DNA from: Blastocystis sp. Blastoise
Lineage: Eukaryota; Protista; Bigyra: Opalinata
DNA: 64,000 nt
NCBI GenBank assembly: GCA_039096225.1
Contig: JBBPEB010000030.1
Location: forward strand, 1,054,001-1,118,000
Direction: 5' to 3'
In this document: positions 1 to 13,719 of the stretch, piece after piece
How positions within the stretch are numbered: position 1 is the stretch's first letter
How the letters are laid out: each line of letters begins with the position of its first letter
The notes under the pieces: model-generated
Told to the model about the DNA's origin: nothing
The model's database searches: none
The model's input: only the letters and a program-made list of their open reading frames with translations
Program-made: the position numbers and the translations under genes

Positions 1-3000
1 TATCTGTGATTAATACTCCATTCCAATTATCAGTATATAGTGATGTTCCTTCTTATCTCTACTCTTCTATCTCTACTATCTATTCAATTATTCCTTTATA
101 TAGAAGTGTTGATGTATATATATAATAATAATAAAAATAAAAATAATATATATAGTTTACATTAATAGTAAGAGATCGTTATTATAATTTAGTGAATCAG
201 AATAATTTTATAATAAAATTATATGTAACATCTTCAGAAGGATTTGATATTCCTTTATTTCCAGGGGAATCCGATCAATTCTTTAGTTATAGAATCACTA
301 TGGATTCTACTTCACAATATACATTATCCATTCGTTTCTTTCGTGAGATTTCTAATGGTCATTTATATGTACGTCTTCTAAATCAAGAAGAAGAAGAAGA
401 TATTGATACAATTAATTCTTATATATATTGTACTATTCAAAGTAGAATTAGTCCTAATGATTGCTCGAAAACTGAAATCTATATATCCTTTTATTAGTTA
501 TTTTATATTATATTCTCTCAATAATAATATTATATATATTTCTTAATTCTACTTTTTACAGTCCTATTAGTTTTGCAGGCACATTAACGTATATGTATAT
601 ATATACAAGAGATATATATGATGATGGATATTGTTTAGATAATCGAAGAGATAAATATAAAGTGTATATTAAAGGTGATGGAGAAGTATATATATATTTA
701 TTTAATATATTATTATTATATATAGTATACTCAGAAATCCTTTTATTCATTTTCAACATCTCCTTCTCTTGATATATATACACAAGAATATCAATATACT
801 TCTATTTGTCCTCTTTATACATTTATTCAATTACCTTCAAAAGTTAGAAATATAACTGTGAAAATAGATTGTTTATCTGAAGATAATATTTGGTCCTCTT
901 TAGAATGGAATATCACTACTATACCTTCTACTGAAATGTATATTAATTATTATTATTCTCTTATATATATATAGTACATCTACAATAAAAGTAACTCATG
1001 ATTCTCTTTATACTGCTGGTGATATTATTCCTATAAACATCAAATTCTTTGATATGTAATTATTTATTATTCTTTATTTATATATTATTTATAGATATAA
1101 TAATTCAGTAATTAATTTACAAAGTGTGTATAAAATATGTGATTATAGTTATGTAGAAGGTATATTTAAATATATATAATTTGAATATAATTTTATATAG
1201 ATCGAAATACTTATTATGATGTTATGAATCCAGATTCAATAAGTCTTCTTAGTACATGTTCTATACCTGCTAAAGTATCAGGATTCCATAAGATTTCATT
1301 GATTACATTAGTTTCTGGAAATATCTATGATTCTTATCTAAGTAAATATATTTATATTTATAATATATATTATCTATAATAGCTGTTGTTCCTGGTACTC
1401 TTTATATTGCTCATACTGATATTCATGGTACTGGAATTGAATTTGTTTCTTATTGTGATTCTACTAATATTTCTATTTGTGGAGATATCTATATGAATTT
1501 AAAAGTATTTATTTATTATTATTATTATTATATATTTATAATAGGATGAATATTTTAATTCATTGAATGCTACATATTATATTGAAGAAGGTGGATATTC
1601 AAAAGAAGATCCTTCTTTTTCTATATATAATCATGAAGGAGAATATATTGATATAGATATTCGACGAGCTGATACTTTAGAAGATACTCCTTTCACTGTA
1701 GATAAACATATACTCAATAATACGTATATTTAATATTATTATTTATATTTATTATTTATTTATAGTATTCATATTCATTATATTGTTGAAATGTCTTCTA
1801 TTATTGGTCTTACTGAATCAGAATATCCTTATTTATATATACGTCTATTCTTTCAAAATAAACAAGATAATCTATTCTCTAAAGATATTCCTGTTACTCT
1901 ATCTTCTCTTCCTTATTCTCTATTCATGTATATATATTTTTTATTATTATTTTCAATATCTGTATAGATTAACATCTCCTCTTAAATTTCATGTATCATC
2001 GATATTAAATGTCAATTTAGAAACTGATCCATTCTTTTTATTTCAAATATTTGATGAAAATCAACATATTATTACGGGTCAACAATCTAATCTTAAATGG
2101 TATTCTATTATTATTATTATATATAAATATAAATGAATATATATATATAGGATAAATATAGATGAAGATTATTATGATGGAATCATGTATATAGTTGAAA
2201 CTACATCACCTGGTACTTATAAATATCCTTTTATATATATATATATTAATAATAATTAAACACTATTATTTTCTTTAATCTATATACAACTATACCTCAT
2301 CTTCCTACTGCTCGTAATTATACGTTTATATTATTATATAATAATATGCCTATATTGGATATATCAGTGACAATTACTACATTCACATGTTTAAAGTATT
2401 CTTTATTATCAACCTATTCAGGAACATTCAGTATGGGATTTGTACCTGAAATAAGAAGAGAATTAGATGTTATTGTTAAAGATATTCATAATAATGAAAT
2501 GTATATTTATTTTTATATATTATTATTTATTATTATATAGTCCTATTCCTATAAATCAACAATTCAATTTAACTTCTTCTCCTCCTCTTCTCTATTCTTA
2601 TACTCTCAATAATAATCATATCCATGTATATATATAATCATATATAATTTATAATATTTATATAGTTTCTAATAGATTCTCCTCTTCATCTTTCTTCTTA
2701 TCGAGATCTATATACTATTACTATTTCTACATCCTTTGAAGATCAACCCTATATAGAAATACTTACTACTACTGCTTATGCTTATCCTAATTTGAGTATA
2801 TATATAATATATAATATATAATAATATTATTATATAGATCTTCTTGGATCTCCTTCTTATTTACTTTGTCCTGATGAATTAACTACAGGAATAGAATTCA
2901 ATTGTACATTTCATCCACGAGATATTTATGGTAATGATATTAACCCTACTTATATTCAACCATTCTTAAAATCAACATGTATATATATTTATTTATTTTT

Positions 3001-3940
3001 ATTATTATTATTATATTATAAAGTGATTGATTCTAAGGGTAATAATCTCAATGTATGTGATTTACCTTATTGTACAGGGAATAAGCCAGCTATCTTTATT
3101 TTTGATCATAATACTATTTATACAAAGTATATATATTATAGATATTATTATTATTATTATTATATAGAATGTATTATATTGATGCTGATACATATACTAT
3201 AACATTTTCTCTTGAACAAGTTCATTATGAACAACAATTTCAATTGATTATTTCTCCATCAATTATGGACCCTCAACAATCATTTATTCATTTCCCTTCG
3301 AATAATAATCCTATTCCTGTTCCTAATTATGAAGATTATGGAAAAAATGGTATTTATTATTTATTTTTATTATTATTATATATATAGAATTATTAGATGA
3401 TGAAGGAATTAATAAAAGTATATATTTATATTATTATAGTTATTATTTATATATATAGCTTATATAGCTGGTAATCAAATTTTCATTCATGTTCATCTCT
3501 TTGATATATCTTTTATATTATTATTTATATATATTTTATAATATAAATATTTTTTTCTTAATAATCACTCCTTTAATAATACAATAGAAGAAGATATATC
3601 AAAAGAATTATATATAGAAATATATAAGAATGAAACTCGTATAGAAACTGATAGGTATATATATTTATATTATTATTATAATTATTATATAGTTATGCAA
3701 TATTAATTTATGGAAATGTATATGTATTTTCTTTATATCATATTATATTATATATAGATAATAAATAGATCAGTTTTATTATTAACAGTATATACAAATG
3801 ATTTTATATATATTATAGGACAACAACATTTTTATATAAAGGTATGTATTTATCTATATATATATTTATTTAAATTATTCATAGTTTTATAATTAGTTTA
3901 TATAGGATAGGAAAGAGTTTCCATATATATATTATAATGA
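1..3940 (+). CDS. Multi-exon filamin/Ig-like repeat protein, 5' truncated by the window, 3' end uncertain
   Basis: Short GTA...TAG introns join open exons with recurring filamin-type motifs: AGTLTYMYIYTRDIY, YTAGDIIPINIKFFD, VVPG...LKDEYFN, GTYKTIPHLPTARNYTF, TGIEFNCTFHPRDIYGN, AGNQIFIHVHLFD-SFNN. Confidence 0.75.
483..559 (+). other. U12-type AT-AC intron
   Basis: Donor ATATCCTTTT at 483, branch-like TTTCTTAAT at 539-547, AC at 558-559. Splicing gives KTEIY|SPISFAG in frame. A weaker GT-AG alternative (497-561) is also in frame. Confidence 0.7.
2223..2287 (+). other. U12-type AT-AC intron
   Basis: Donor ATATCCTTTT, branch-like TTCTTTAAT at 2271-2279, AC at 2286-2287 (or 2289-2290). Removes an in-frame TAA and restores GTYK-TIPHLPTARNY. 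No GT or AG lies within the interval. Confidence 0.85.
3506..3568 (+). other. U12-type AT-AC intron
   Basis: Donor ATATCTTTT, branch-like TTTCTTAAT at 3554-3562, AC at 3567-3568. Removes an in-frame TAA and gives HLFD|SFNNTIEE. Confidence 0.8.
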
Positions 3941-4611
3941 TTAATTTTTTACATATTATCTATTATATTATTAAAATTGTACTATGTCATATTTAATTAT
4001 AATATTCTTCTTGTTTGGTAGATATTTAGAATTAGTTGATTTACAGATATCTTTTCTAGTAGAGAATAATAAAATATAAATAATTCAACATTAGTTTTTT
4101 ATAAAAATATAATCTTTATTATGTTAATGATAGGTTGTAAAACGTTTCAGATATTATCTATTTTATTTATATATGTATAATAATCTATAATTGATTTAAA
4201 TAAGACATGTTACACAAGAAAATGTTTATAAATTGTGAATCTCATCTTAATAAATAACTATACTGATTATATATTTTTATTCTGTATAAGATTTATATCT
4301 TAAGCAGAATGCTATTTTATTAATATAACTGACAAATATATTTAATTGAAATCATAGTGTGTTAAAATAGCACGGTTTTATCTCTGTAACATCTAAATAT
4401 ATATGTTGTAATTAAATAATTCATGCTAAAAACTATATAATATATTTATAAATTAATTGATAATCAAATAGACTTTTTGTAAAGAAAAAGAGTAATTTTA
4501 TAATTTTATTAACCTCTGAAAACAAAGAATTTTATATAGATTCTTATAATAGTAATAATATATTGACTATTATAATTCAAAAATAAAACAATACATGTAA
4601 AAAAATAAAAA

Positions 4612-4686
4612 TGCCCCAGATAAGATTTGAACCAGCGACAATAACCATTATAACTATAGCGCTGACCAACTATACCAACAATTCTC
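4612..4686 (-). pseudogene. Degenerate tRNA-derived element with Pol III A and B boxes
   Basis: Minus strand: TGGTATAGTTGG (A box) ... GGTTCAAATCT (B box) ... GGGGCA then a T-run. Acceptor and T stems do not pair. Confidence 0.55.
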
Positions 4687-4967
4687 TCAATTTTTTGTTT
4701 TTATATAATATATATAATAAATTTAAATATAGCTAAATCTTCAAATTTTTATATTCATTATCTTTCATAACATTTATGTCAGTATAGACATGCTTAGAAT
4801 AACTATTAAATAGAAATTATTAATTTTTGAAAATAAATTGTCTATTGATGTGGTGATAATGAACTCAAAAAGAACACCTCAGTGATGTAAACGTTTTTTA
4901 AATACTAAAAATGACGCAGAGTTGATTGAATCATTATAAATAGTTGTCAAAAAAATTTAAAAGAAAA

Positions 4968-5039
4968 TGTCCCCTATAAGGATCGATCCGTCGACCATGT
5001 AAAAATTTTATGCGCATAAACCATTCGACCAAATACCCC
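4968..5039 (-). pseudogene. Degenerate tRNA-derived element with Pol III A and B boxes, paralogue of 4612-4686
   Basis: Minus strand: TGGTCGAATGG ... GTCGACGGATCGATCCTTATAGGGGACA then TTTT. The 3' end resembles that of the 4612 element. Confidence 0.5.
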
Positions 5040-5526
5040 TTATATAATATTTATCATCAAGTCATATAATAATTATAAAACCAGTGACTACTAACCTTTT
5101 TTTATTTTTCCCTTTTTAAACATAAAAATAATATATTTTACAATATAAATATTATAAATGTGTTGTGTGACTTATTCTACATGTAAAATACATTTTAAAA
5201 CCATTTTTAAAGGCTATTAAAAAACATTTTGTCTGAAGTATTGTTTTTTAAAATCTGACTTTTGTTCATACTGTTGTTTTTTGTTTGGTTTTTGAAAATA
5301 ATTATTTTAATATGCTTTTCGTTTATTTTTTTTTATTACTAGTCAGGGTGTATCTGTAGAGTCCCTACAAGACTACTTCGTGATATTTAACAAAAACAAA
5401 AACTTTTTAATTACATTATTATTTTTTATAATATTATTTTAGAGTTTATTGACAATATTATTCATTATAACACATAAATAATACTATTTGAAATAGCTTA
5501 AAAAAAGTATATAAACAATTGACTAT

Positions 5527-5958
5527 TGTCACAAAATATTTTTATTTGTCACCCAACTTAACACGAATAGTCAAACATAGGAATCATACTTGTTGTTATT
5601 TGATGACTTATATACTTTTCAGTCATGTATCTGTCACAACATGTGTCACAAAAAATATTTTATTTGACTTATTTTCAAATAGTCATACATTATATATCAA
5701 AATAATACGTTTTTAGTCAAAAACTGTCACGTCATAATATAATAGTCAATGAATGAATTATCTTTTTTATGTCACCCGGTCCTTTTTTCATGAAAAGTGT
5801 GTAAATCGACGTGTCTTGATGAGCTGAGTTTGAAAATATTTTTTTTATATTTTTAAAATTAAAAACAAAAAAGTTATTTATCATTTTTCATTTTTGTGTC
5901 ACAAATTTTGCTGACAATTGCGACGCCGCAAAAAAAAAGGGCCTTTTGGAAGTCGCTG

Positions 5959-5959
<1 letters not shown>
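5527..5959. mobile_element. Possible DNA-transposon terminus or subterminal repeat region
   Basis: Seven same-strand TGTCAC motifs (5527, 5547, 5632, 5644, 5725, 5770, 5897) and a GC-richer end (GCGAC...GTCGC) abutting (TA)n. No partner TIR found. Confidence 0.3.
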
Positions 5960-6012
<53 letters not shown>

Positions 6013-6407
6013 TGGTTTAGGGTTAGGATTTAAAATGAATATAAAATAATTTAGGGTTTAGGGTTTAGGGTTAGGGTTAGGTTTAATATAAAATAATGGT
6101 TTTAGATTTAATATAAAAAAATAATAGATTAGGGTTAAATTGAATATTAAAATAATAGATTAGGGTTAATATAAAATAATTTTTAGGTTAGGGTTAGATT
6201 TTTAATATAAAAATAAATAAATAAATAAAATAAATAAATAAAAAAAAATTTGAATAAATGAATAAAAAGAATAATAATAATAATAAATAGAATAATAAAT
6301 AGAATAATAATAATAAATAGAATAATAGAATATAATAATAATAGAATAATAATAGAATAAAATAATAATAGAATAGAATAATAATAAAATAATAATAAAT
6401 AAATCTT

Positions 6408-6526
6408 GAGAACGGCCATATCAAGTGGACAACGCCCTAACCCGTCTGATCTAGGAAGCTAAGCCACTTCGAGCTAGGATAGTAGCGGTGTGGGGGACTC
6501 GCCGTGAAGTCCTAGTGCTGTTCTTT
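6408..6526 (+). rRNA. 5S rRNA copy 1
   Basis: GAGAACGGCCATATC...CCCGTCTGATCT-AGGAAGCTAAGC (box A)...AGTAGCGGTGTGGGGGAC (box C)...GTGCTGTTCTT. The 5' and 3' ends pair as helix I; an oligo-T Pol III terminator follows. Confidence 0.97.
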
Positions 6527-6753
6527 TTTTTTTTATTTTTTATTTATTATTTATTATTTTATTTATTATTCTTTTTATTATTAATATTTTTAATTATTTA
6601 TATATAACATTTTATTTATATTATTTTTATTATTATTATTATAAAAAATATAAAAAAAAAATTTTATATTATTTTTTATTATTAAATTTTTGTAAACATA
6701 TTATTTATATTATAAATAATAATAATAAAATAATATTTGATAAAATAAAATAA

Positions 6754-6820
<67 letters not shown>

Positions 6821-7215
6821 TGGTTTAGGGTTAGGATTTAAAATGAATATAAAATAATTTAGGGTTTAGGGTTTAGGGTTAGGGTTAGGTTTAATATAAA
6901 ATAATGGTTTTAGATTTAATATAAAAAAATAATAGATTAGGGTTAAATTGAATATTAAAATAATAGATTAGGGTTAATATAAAATAATTTTTAGGTTAGG
7001 GTTAGATTTTTAATATAAAAATAAATAAATAAATAAAATAAATAAATAAAAAAAAATTTGAATAAATGAATAAAAAGAATAATAATAATAATAAATAGAA
7101 TAATAAATAGAATAATAATAATAAATAGAATAATAGAATATAATAATAATAGAATAATAATAGAATAAAATAATAATAGAATAGAATAATAATAAAATAA
7201 TAATAAATAAATCTT

Positions 7216-7334
7216 GAGAACGGCCATATCAAGTGGACAACGCCCTAACCCGTCTGATCTAGGAAGCTAAGCCACTTCGAGCTAGGATAGTAGCGGTGTG
7301 GGGGACTCGCCGTGAAGTCCTAGTGCTGTTCTTT
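7216..7334 (+). rRNA. 5S rRNA copy 2
   Basis: Matches copy 1. Confidence 0.95.
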
Positions 7335-7564
7335 TTTTTTTTTTTTTTTTTATTTATTATTTATTTTTTTATTTATTATTCTTTTTATTATTAATATTTT
7401 TAATTATTTATATATAACATTTTATTTATATTATTATTTTATTATTATTATTATAAAAATTATAAAAAAAAATTTTATATTATTTTTTATTATTAAATTT
7501 TTGTAAACATATTATTTATATTATAAATAATAATAATAAAATAATATTTGATAAAATAAAATAA

Positions 7565-7615
<51 letters not shown>

Positions 7616-8010
7616 TGGTTTAGGGTTAGGATTTAAAATGAATATAAAATAATTTAGGGTTTAGGGTTTAGGGTTAGGGTTAGGTTTAATATAAAATAAT
7701 GGTTTTAGATTTAATATAAAAAAATAATAGATTAGGGTTAAATTGAATATTAAAATAATAGATTAGGGTTAATATAAAATAATTTTTAGGTTAGGGTTAG
7801 ATTTTTAATATAAAAATAAATAAATAAATAAAATAAATAAATAAAAAAAAATTTGAATAAATGAATAAAAAGAATAATAATAATAATAAATAGAATAATA
7901 AATAGAATAATAATAATAAATAGAATAATAGAATATAATAATAATAGAATAATAATAGAATAAAATAATAATAGAATAGAATAATAATAAAATAATAATA
8001 AATAAATCTT

Positions 8011-8129
8011 GAGAACGGCCATATCAAGTGGACAACGCCCTAACCCGTCTGATCTAGGAAGCTAAGCCACTTCGAGCTAGGATAGTAGCGGTGTGGGGGA
8101 CTCGCCGTGAAGTCCTAGTGCTGTTCTTT
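8011..8129 (+). rRNA. 5S rRNA copy 3
   Basis: Matches copy 1. Confidence 0.95.
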
Positions 8130-8360
8130 TTTTTTTTTTTTTTTTATTTATTATTTATTTTTTTATTTATTATTCTTTTTATTATTAATATTTTTAATTA
8201 TTTATATATAACATTTTATTTATATTATTATTTTATTATTATTATTATAAAAATTATAAAAAAAAATTTTATATTATTTTTTATTATTAAATTTTTGTAA
8301 ACATATTATTTATATTATAAATAATAATAATAAAATAATATTTGATAAAATAAAATAATT

Positions 8361-8421
<61 letters not shown>

Positions 8422-8816
8422 TGGTTTAGGGTTAGGATTTAAAATGAATATAAAATAATTTAGGGTTTAGGGTTTAGGGTTAGGGTTAGGTTTAATATAA
8501 AATAATGGTTTTAGATTTAATATAAAAAAATAATAGATTAGGGTTAAATTGAATATTAAAATAATAGATTAGGGTTAATATAAAATAATTTTTAGGTTAG
8601 GGTTAGATTTTTAATATAAAAATAAATAAATAAATAAAATAAATAAATAAAAAAAAATTTGAATAAATGAATAAAAAGAATAATAATAATAATAAATAGA
8701 ATAATAAATAGAATAATAATAATAAATAGAATAATAGAATATAATAATAATAGAATAATAATAGAATAAAATAATAATAGAATAGAATAATAATAAAATA
8801 ATAATAAATAAATCTT

Positions 8817-8935
8817 GAGAACGGCCATATCAAGTGGACAACGCCCTAACCCGTCTGATCTAGGAAGCTAAGCCACTTCGAGCTAGGATAGTAGCGGTGT
8901 GGGGGACTCGCCGTGAAGTCCTAGTGCTGTTTTTT
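8817..8935 (+). rRNA. 5S rRNA copy 4
   Basis: Matches copy 1 except the 3' C reads T. Confidence 0.93.
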
Positions 8936-9162
8936 TTTTTTTTTTTTTTTATTTATTATTTATTTTTTTATTTATTATTCTTTTTATTATTAATATTTTT
9001 AATTATTTATATATAACATTTTATTTATATTATTTTTATTATTATTATTATTATAAAAATTATAAAAAAAAATTTTATATTATTTTTTATTATTAAATTT
9101 TTGTAAACATATTATTTATATTATAAATAATAATAATAAAATAATATTTGATAAAATAAAAA

Positions 9163-9217
<55 letters not shown>

Positions 9218-9612
9218 TGGTTTAGGGTTAGGATTTAAAATGAATATAAAATAATTTAGGGTTTAGGGTTTAGGGTTAGGGTTAGGTTTAATATAAAATA
9301 ATGGTTTTAGATTTAATATAAAAAAATAATAGATTAGGGTTAAATTGAATATTAAAATAATAGATTAGGGTTAATATAAAATAATTTTTAGGTTAGGGTT
9401 AGATTTTTAATATAAAAATAAATAAATAAATAAAATAAATAAATAAAAAAAAATTTGAATAAATGAATAAAAAGAATAATAATAATAATAAATAGAATAA
9501 TAAATAGAATAATAATAATAAATAGAATAATAGAATATAATAATAATAGAATAATAATAGAATAAAATAATAATAGAATAGAATAATAATAAAATAATAA
9601 TAAATAAATCTT

Positions 9613-9731
9613 GAGAACGGCCATATCAAGTGGACAACGCCCTAACCCGTCTGATCTAGGAAGCTAAGCCACTTCGAGCTAGGATAGTAGCGGTGTGGGG
9701 GACTCGCCGTGAAGTCCTAGTGCTGTTCTTT
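9613..9731 (+). rRNA. 5S rRNA copy 5
   Basis: Matches copy 1. Confidence 0.95.
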
Positions 9732-9959
9732 TTTTTTTTTTTTTTTATTTATTATTTATTTTTTTATTTATTATTCTTTTTATTATTAATATTTTTAATT
9801 ATTTATATATAACATTTTATTTTATTATTATTTTTATTATTATTATTATAAAAATTATAAAAAAAAATTTTATATTATTTTTTATTATTAAATTTTTGTA
9901 AACATATTATTTATATTATAAATAATAATAATAAAATAATATTTGATAAAATAAAATAA

Positions 9960-10021
<62 letters not shown>

Positions 10022-10416
10022 TGGTTTAGGGTTAGGATTTAAAATGAATATAAAATAATTTAGGGTTTAGGGTTTAGGGTTAGGGTTAGGTTTAATATAA
10101 AATAATGGTTTTAGATTTAATATAAAAAAATAATAGATTAGGGTTAAATTGAATATTAAAATAATAGATTAGGGTTAATATAAAATAATTTTTAGGTTAG
10201 GGTTAGATTTTTAATATAAAAATAAATAAATAAATAAAATAAATAAATAAAAAAAAATTTGAATAAATGAATAAAAAGAATAATAATAATAATAAATAGA
10301 ATAATAAATAGAATAATAATAATAAATAGAATAATAGAATATAATAATAATAGAATAATAATAGAATAAAATAATAATAGAATAGAATAATAATAAAATA
10401 ATAATAAATAAATCTT

Positions 10417-10535
10417 GAGAACGGCCATATCAAGTGGACAACGCCCTAACCCGTCTGATCTAGGAAGCTAAGCCACTTCGAGCTAGGATAGTAGCGGTGT
10501 GGGGGACTCGCCGTGAAGTCCTAGTGCTGTTCTTT
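10417..10535 (+). rRNA. 5S rRNA copy 6
   Basis: Matches copy 1. Confidence 0.95.
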
Positions 10536-10770
10536 TTTTTTTTTATTTTTCTTTATTTATTATTTATTTTTTTATTTATTATTCTTTTTATTATTAATAT
10601 TTTTAATTATTTATATATAACATTTTATTTATATTATTATTTTTATTATTATTATTATAAAAATTATAAAAAAAATTTTATATTATTTTTTATTATTAAA
10701 TTTTTGTAAACATATTATTTATATTATAAATAATAATAATAAAATAATATTTGATAAAATAAAATAATTT

Positions 10771-10818
<48 letters not shown>

Positions 10819-11213
10819 TGGTTTAGGGTTAGGATTTAAAATGAATATAAAATAATTTAGGGTTTAGGGTTTAGGGTTAGGGTTAGGTTTAATATAAAAT
10901 AATGGTTTTAGATTTAATATAAAAAAATAATAGATTAGGGTTAAATTGAATATTAAAATAATAGATTAGGGTTAATATAAAATAATTTTTAGGTTAGGGT
11001 TAGATTTTTAATATAAAAATAAATAAATAAATAAAATAAATAAATAAAAAAAAATTTGAATAAATGAATAAAAAGAATAATAATAATAATAAATAGAATA
11101 ATAAATAGAATAATAATAATAAATAGAATAATAGAATATAATAATAATAGAATAATAATAGAATAAAATAATAATAGAATAGAATAATAATAAAATAATA
11201 ATAAATAAATCTT

Positions 11214-11332
11214 GAGAACGGCCATATCAAGTGGACAACGCCCTAACCCGTCTGATCTAGGAAGCTAAGCCACTTCGAGCTAGGATAGTAGCGGTGTGGG
11301 GGACTCGCCGTGAAGTCCTAGTGCTGTTCTTT
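11214..11332 (+). rRNA. 5S rRNA copy 7
   Basis: Matches copy 1. Confidence 0.95.
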
Positions 11333-11424
11333 TTTTTTTTTATTTTTCTTTATTTTTTCTTTATTTTTTTATTTATTATTCTTTTTATTATTAATATTTT
11401 TAATTATTTATATATAACATTTTA

Positions 11425-11458
<34 letters not shown>

Positions 11459-11568
11459 AAAATTATAAAAAAAATTTTATATTATTTTTTATTATTAAAT
11501 TTTTGTAAACATATTATTTATATTATAAATAATAATAATAAAATAATATTTGATAAAATAAAATAATT

Positions 11569-11621
<53 letters not shown>

Positions 11622-12016
11622 TGGTTTAGGGTTAGGATTTAAAATGAATATAAAATAATTTAGGGTTTAGGGTTTAGGGTTAGGGTTAGGTTTAATATAA
11701 AATAATGGTTTTAGATTTAATATAAAAAAATAATAGATTAGGGTTAAATTGAATATTAAAATAATAGATTAGGGTTAATATAAAATAATTTTTAGGTTAG
11801 GGTTAGATTTTTAATATAAAAATAAATAAATAAATAAAATAAATAAATAAAAAAAAATTTGAATAAATGAATAAAAAGAATAATAATAATAATAAATAGA
11901 ATAATAAATAGAATAATAATAATAAATAGAATAATAGAATATAATAATAATAGAATAATAATAGAATAAAATAATAATAGAATAGAATAATAATAAAATA
12001 ATAATAAATAAATCTT

Positions 12017-12135
12017 GAGAACGGCCATATCAAGTGGACAACGCCCTAACCCGTCTGATCTAGGAAGCTAAGCCACTTCGAGCTAGGATAGTAGCGGTGT
12101 GGGGGACTCGCCGTGAAGTCCTAGTGCTGTTCTTT
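12017..12135 (+). rRNA. 5S rRNA copy 8
   Basis: Matches copy 1. Confidence 0.95.
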
Positions 12136-12359
12136 TTTTTTTTTTATTTTTATTTTTTCTTTATTTTTTTATTTATTATTCTTTTTATTATTAATATTTT
12201 TAATTATTTATATATAACATTTTATTTATATTATTATTATTATTATTATTATTATAAAAATTATAAAAAAAATTTTATATTATTTTTTATTATTAAATTT
12301 TTGTAAACATATTATTTATATTATAAATAATAATAATAAAATAATATTTGATAAAATAA

Positions 12360-12408
<49 letters not shown>

Positions 12409-12803
12409 TGGTTTAGGGTTAGGATTTAAAATGAATATAAAATAATTTAGGGTTTAGGGTTTAGGGTTAGGGTTAGGTTTAATATAAAATAATGGTTTTA
12501 GATTTAATATAAAAAAATAATAGATTAGGGTTAAATTGAATATTAAAATAATAGATTAGGGTTAATATAAAATAATTTTTAGGTTAGGGTTAGATTTTTA
12601 ATATAAAAATAAATAAATAAATAAAATAAATAAATAAAAAAAAATTTGAATAAATGAATAAAAAGAATAATAATAATAATAAATAGAATAATAAATAGAA
12701 TAATAATAATAAATAGAATAATAGAATATAATAATAATAGAATAATAATAGAATAAAATAATAATAGAATAGAATAATAATAAAATAATAATAAATAAAT
12801 GTT

Positions 12804-12922
12804 GAGAACGGCCATATCAAGTGGACAACGCCCTAACCCGTCTGATCTAGGAAGCTAAGCCACTTCGAGCTAGGATAGTAGCGGTGTGGGGGACTCGCCG
12901 TGAAGTCCTAGTGCTGTTCTTT
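12804..12922 (+). rRNA. 5S rRNA copy 9
   Basis: Matches copy 1. Confidence 0.95.
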
Positions 12923-13150
12923 TTTTTTTTTTTTTTATTTTTCTTTATTTTTTTATTTATTATTCTTTTTATTATTAATATTTTTAATTATTTATATATA
13001 ACATTTTATTTATATTATTATTATTATTATTATTATTATAAAAATTATAAAAAAAAAATTTTATATTATTTTTTATTATTAAATTTTTGTAAACATATTA
13101 TTTATATTATAAATAATAATAATAAAATAATATTTGATAAAATAAAATAA

Positions 13151-13205
<55 letters not shown>

Positions 13206-13600
13206 TGGTTTAGGGTTAGGATTTAAAATGAATATAAAATAATTTAGGGTTTAGGGTTTAGGGTTAGGGTTAGGTTTAATATAAAATAATGGTTTTAGAT
13301 TTAATATAAAAAAATAATAGATTAGGGTTAAATTGAATATTAAAATAATAGATTAGGGTTAATATAAAATAATTTTTAGGTTAGGGTTAGATTTTTAATA
13401 TAAAAATAAATAAATAAATAAAATAAATAAATAAAAAAAAATTTGAATAAATGAATAAAAAGAATAATAATAATAATAAATAGAATAATAAATAGAATAA
13501 TAATAATAAATAGAATAATAGAATATAATAATAATAGAATAATAATAGAATAAAATAATAATAGAATAGAATAATAATAAAATAATAATAAATAAATGTT

Positions 13601-13719
13601 GAGAACGGCCATATCAAGTGGACAACGCCCTAACCCGTCTGATCTAGGAAGCTAAGCCACTTCGAGCTAGGATAGTAGCGGTGTGGGGGACTCGCCGTGA
13701 AGTCCTAGTGCTGTTCTTT
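13601..13719 (+). rRNA. 5S rRNA copy 10
   Basis: Matches copy 1. Confidence 0.95.

Noticed and set aside
6261-6579. 17-nt inverted repeat flanking the 5S gene (6261-6277 and 6563-6579)
   Set aside because: Low-complexity A-rich versus T-rich flanks make such matches expected.
8817-8940. Loss of the 3' C in copies 4, 11 and 51
   Set aside because: The C is embedded in a long T homopolymer, so a base-calling error is likely.
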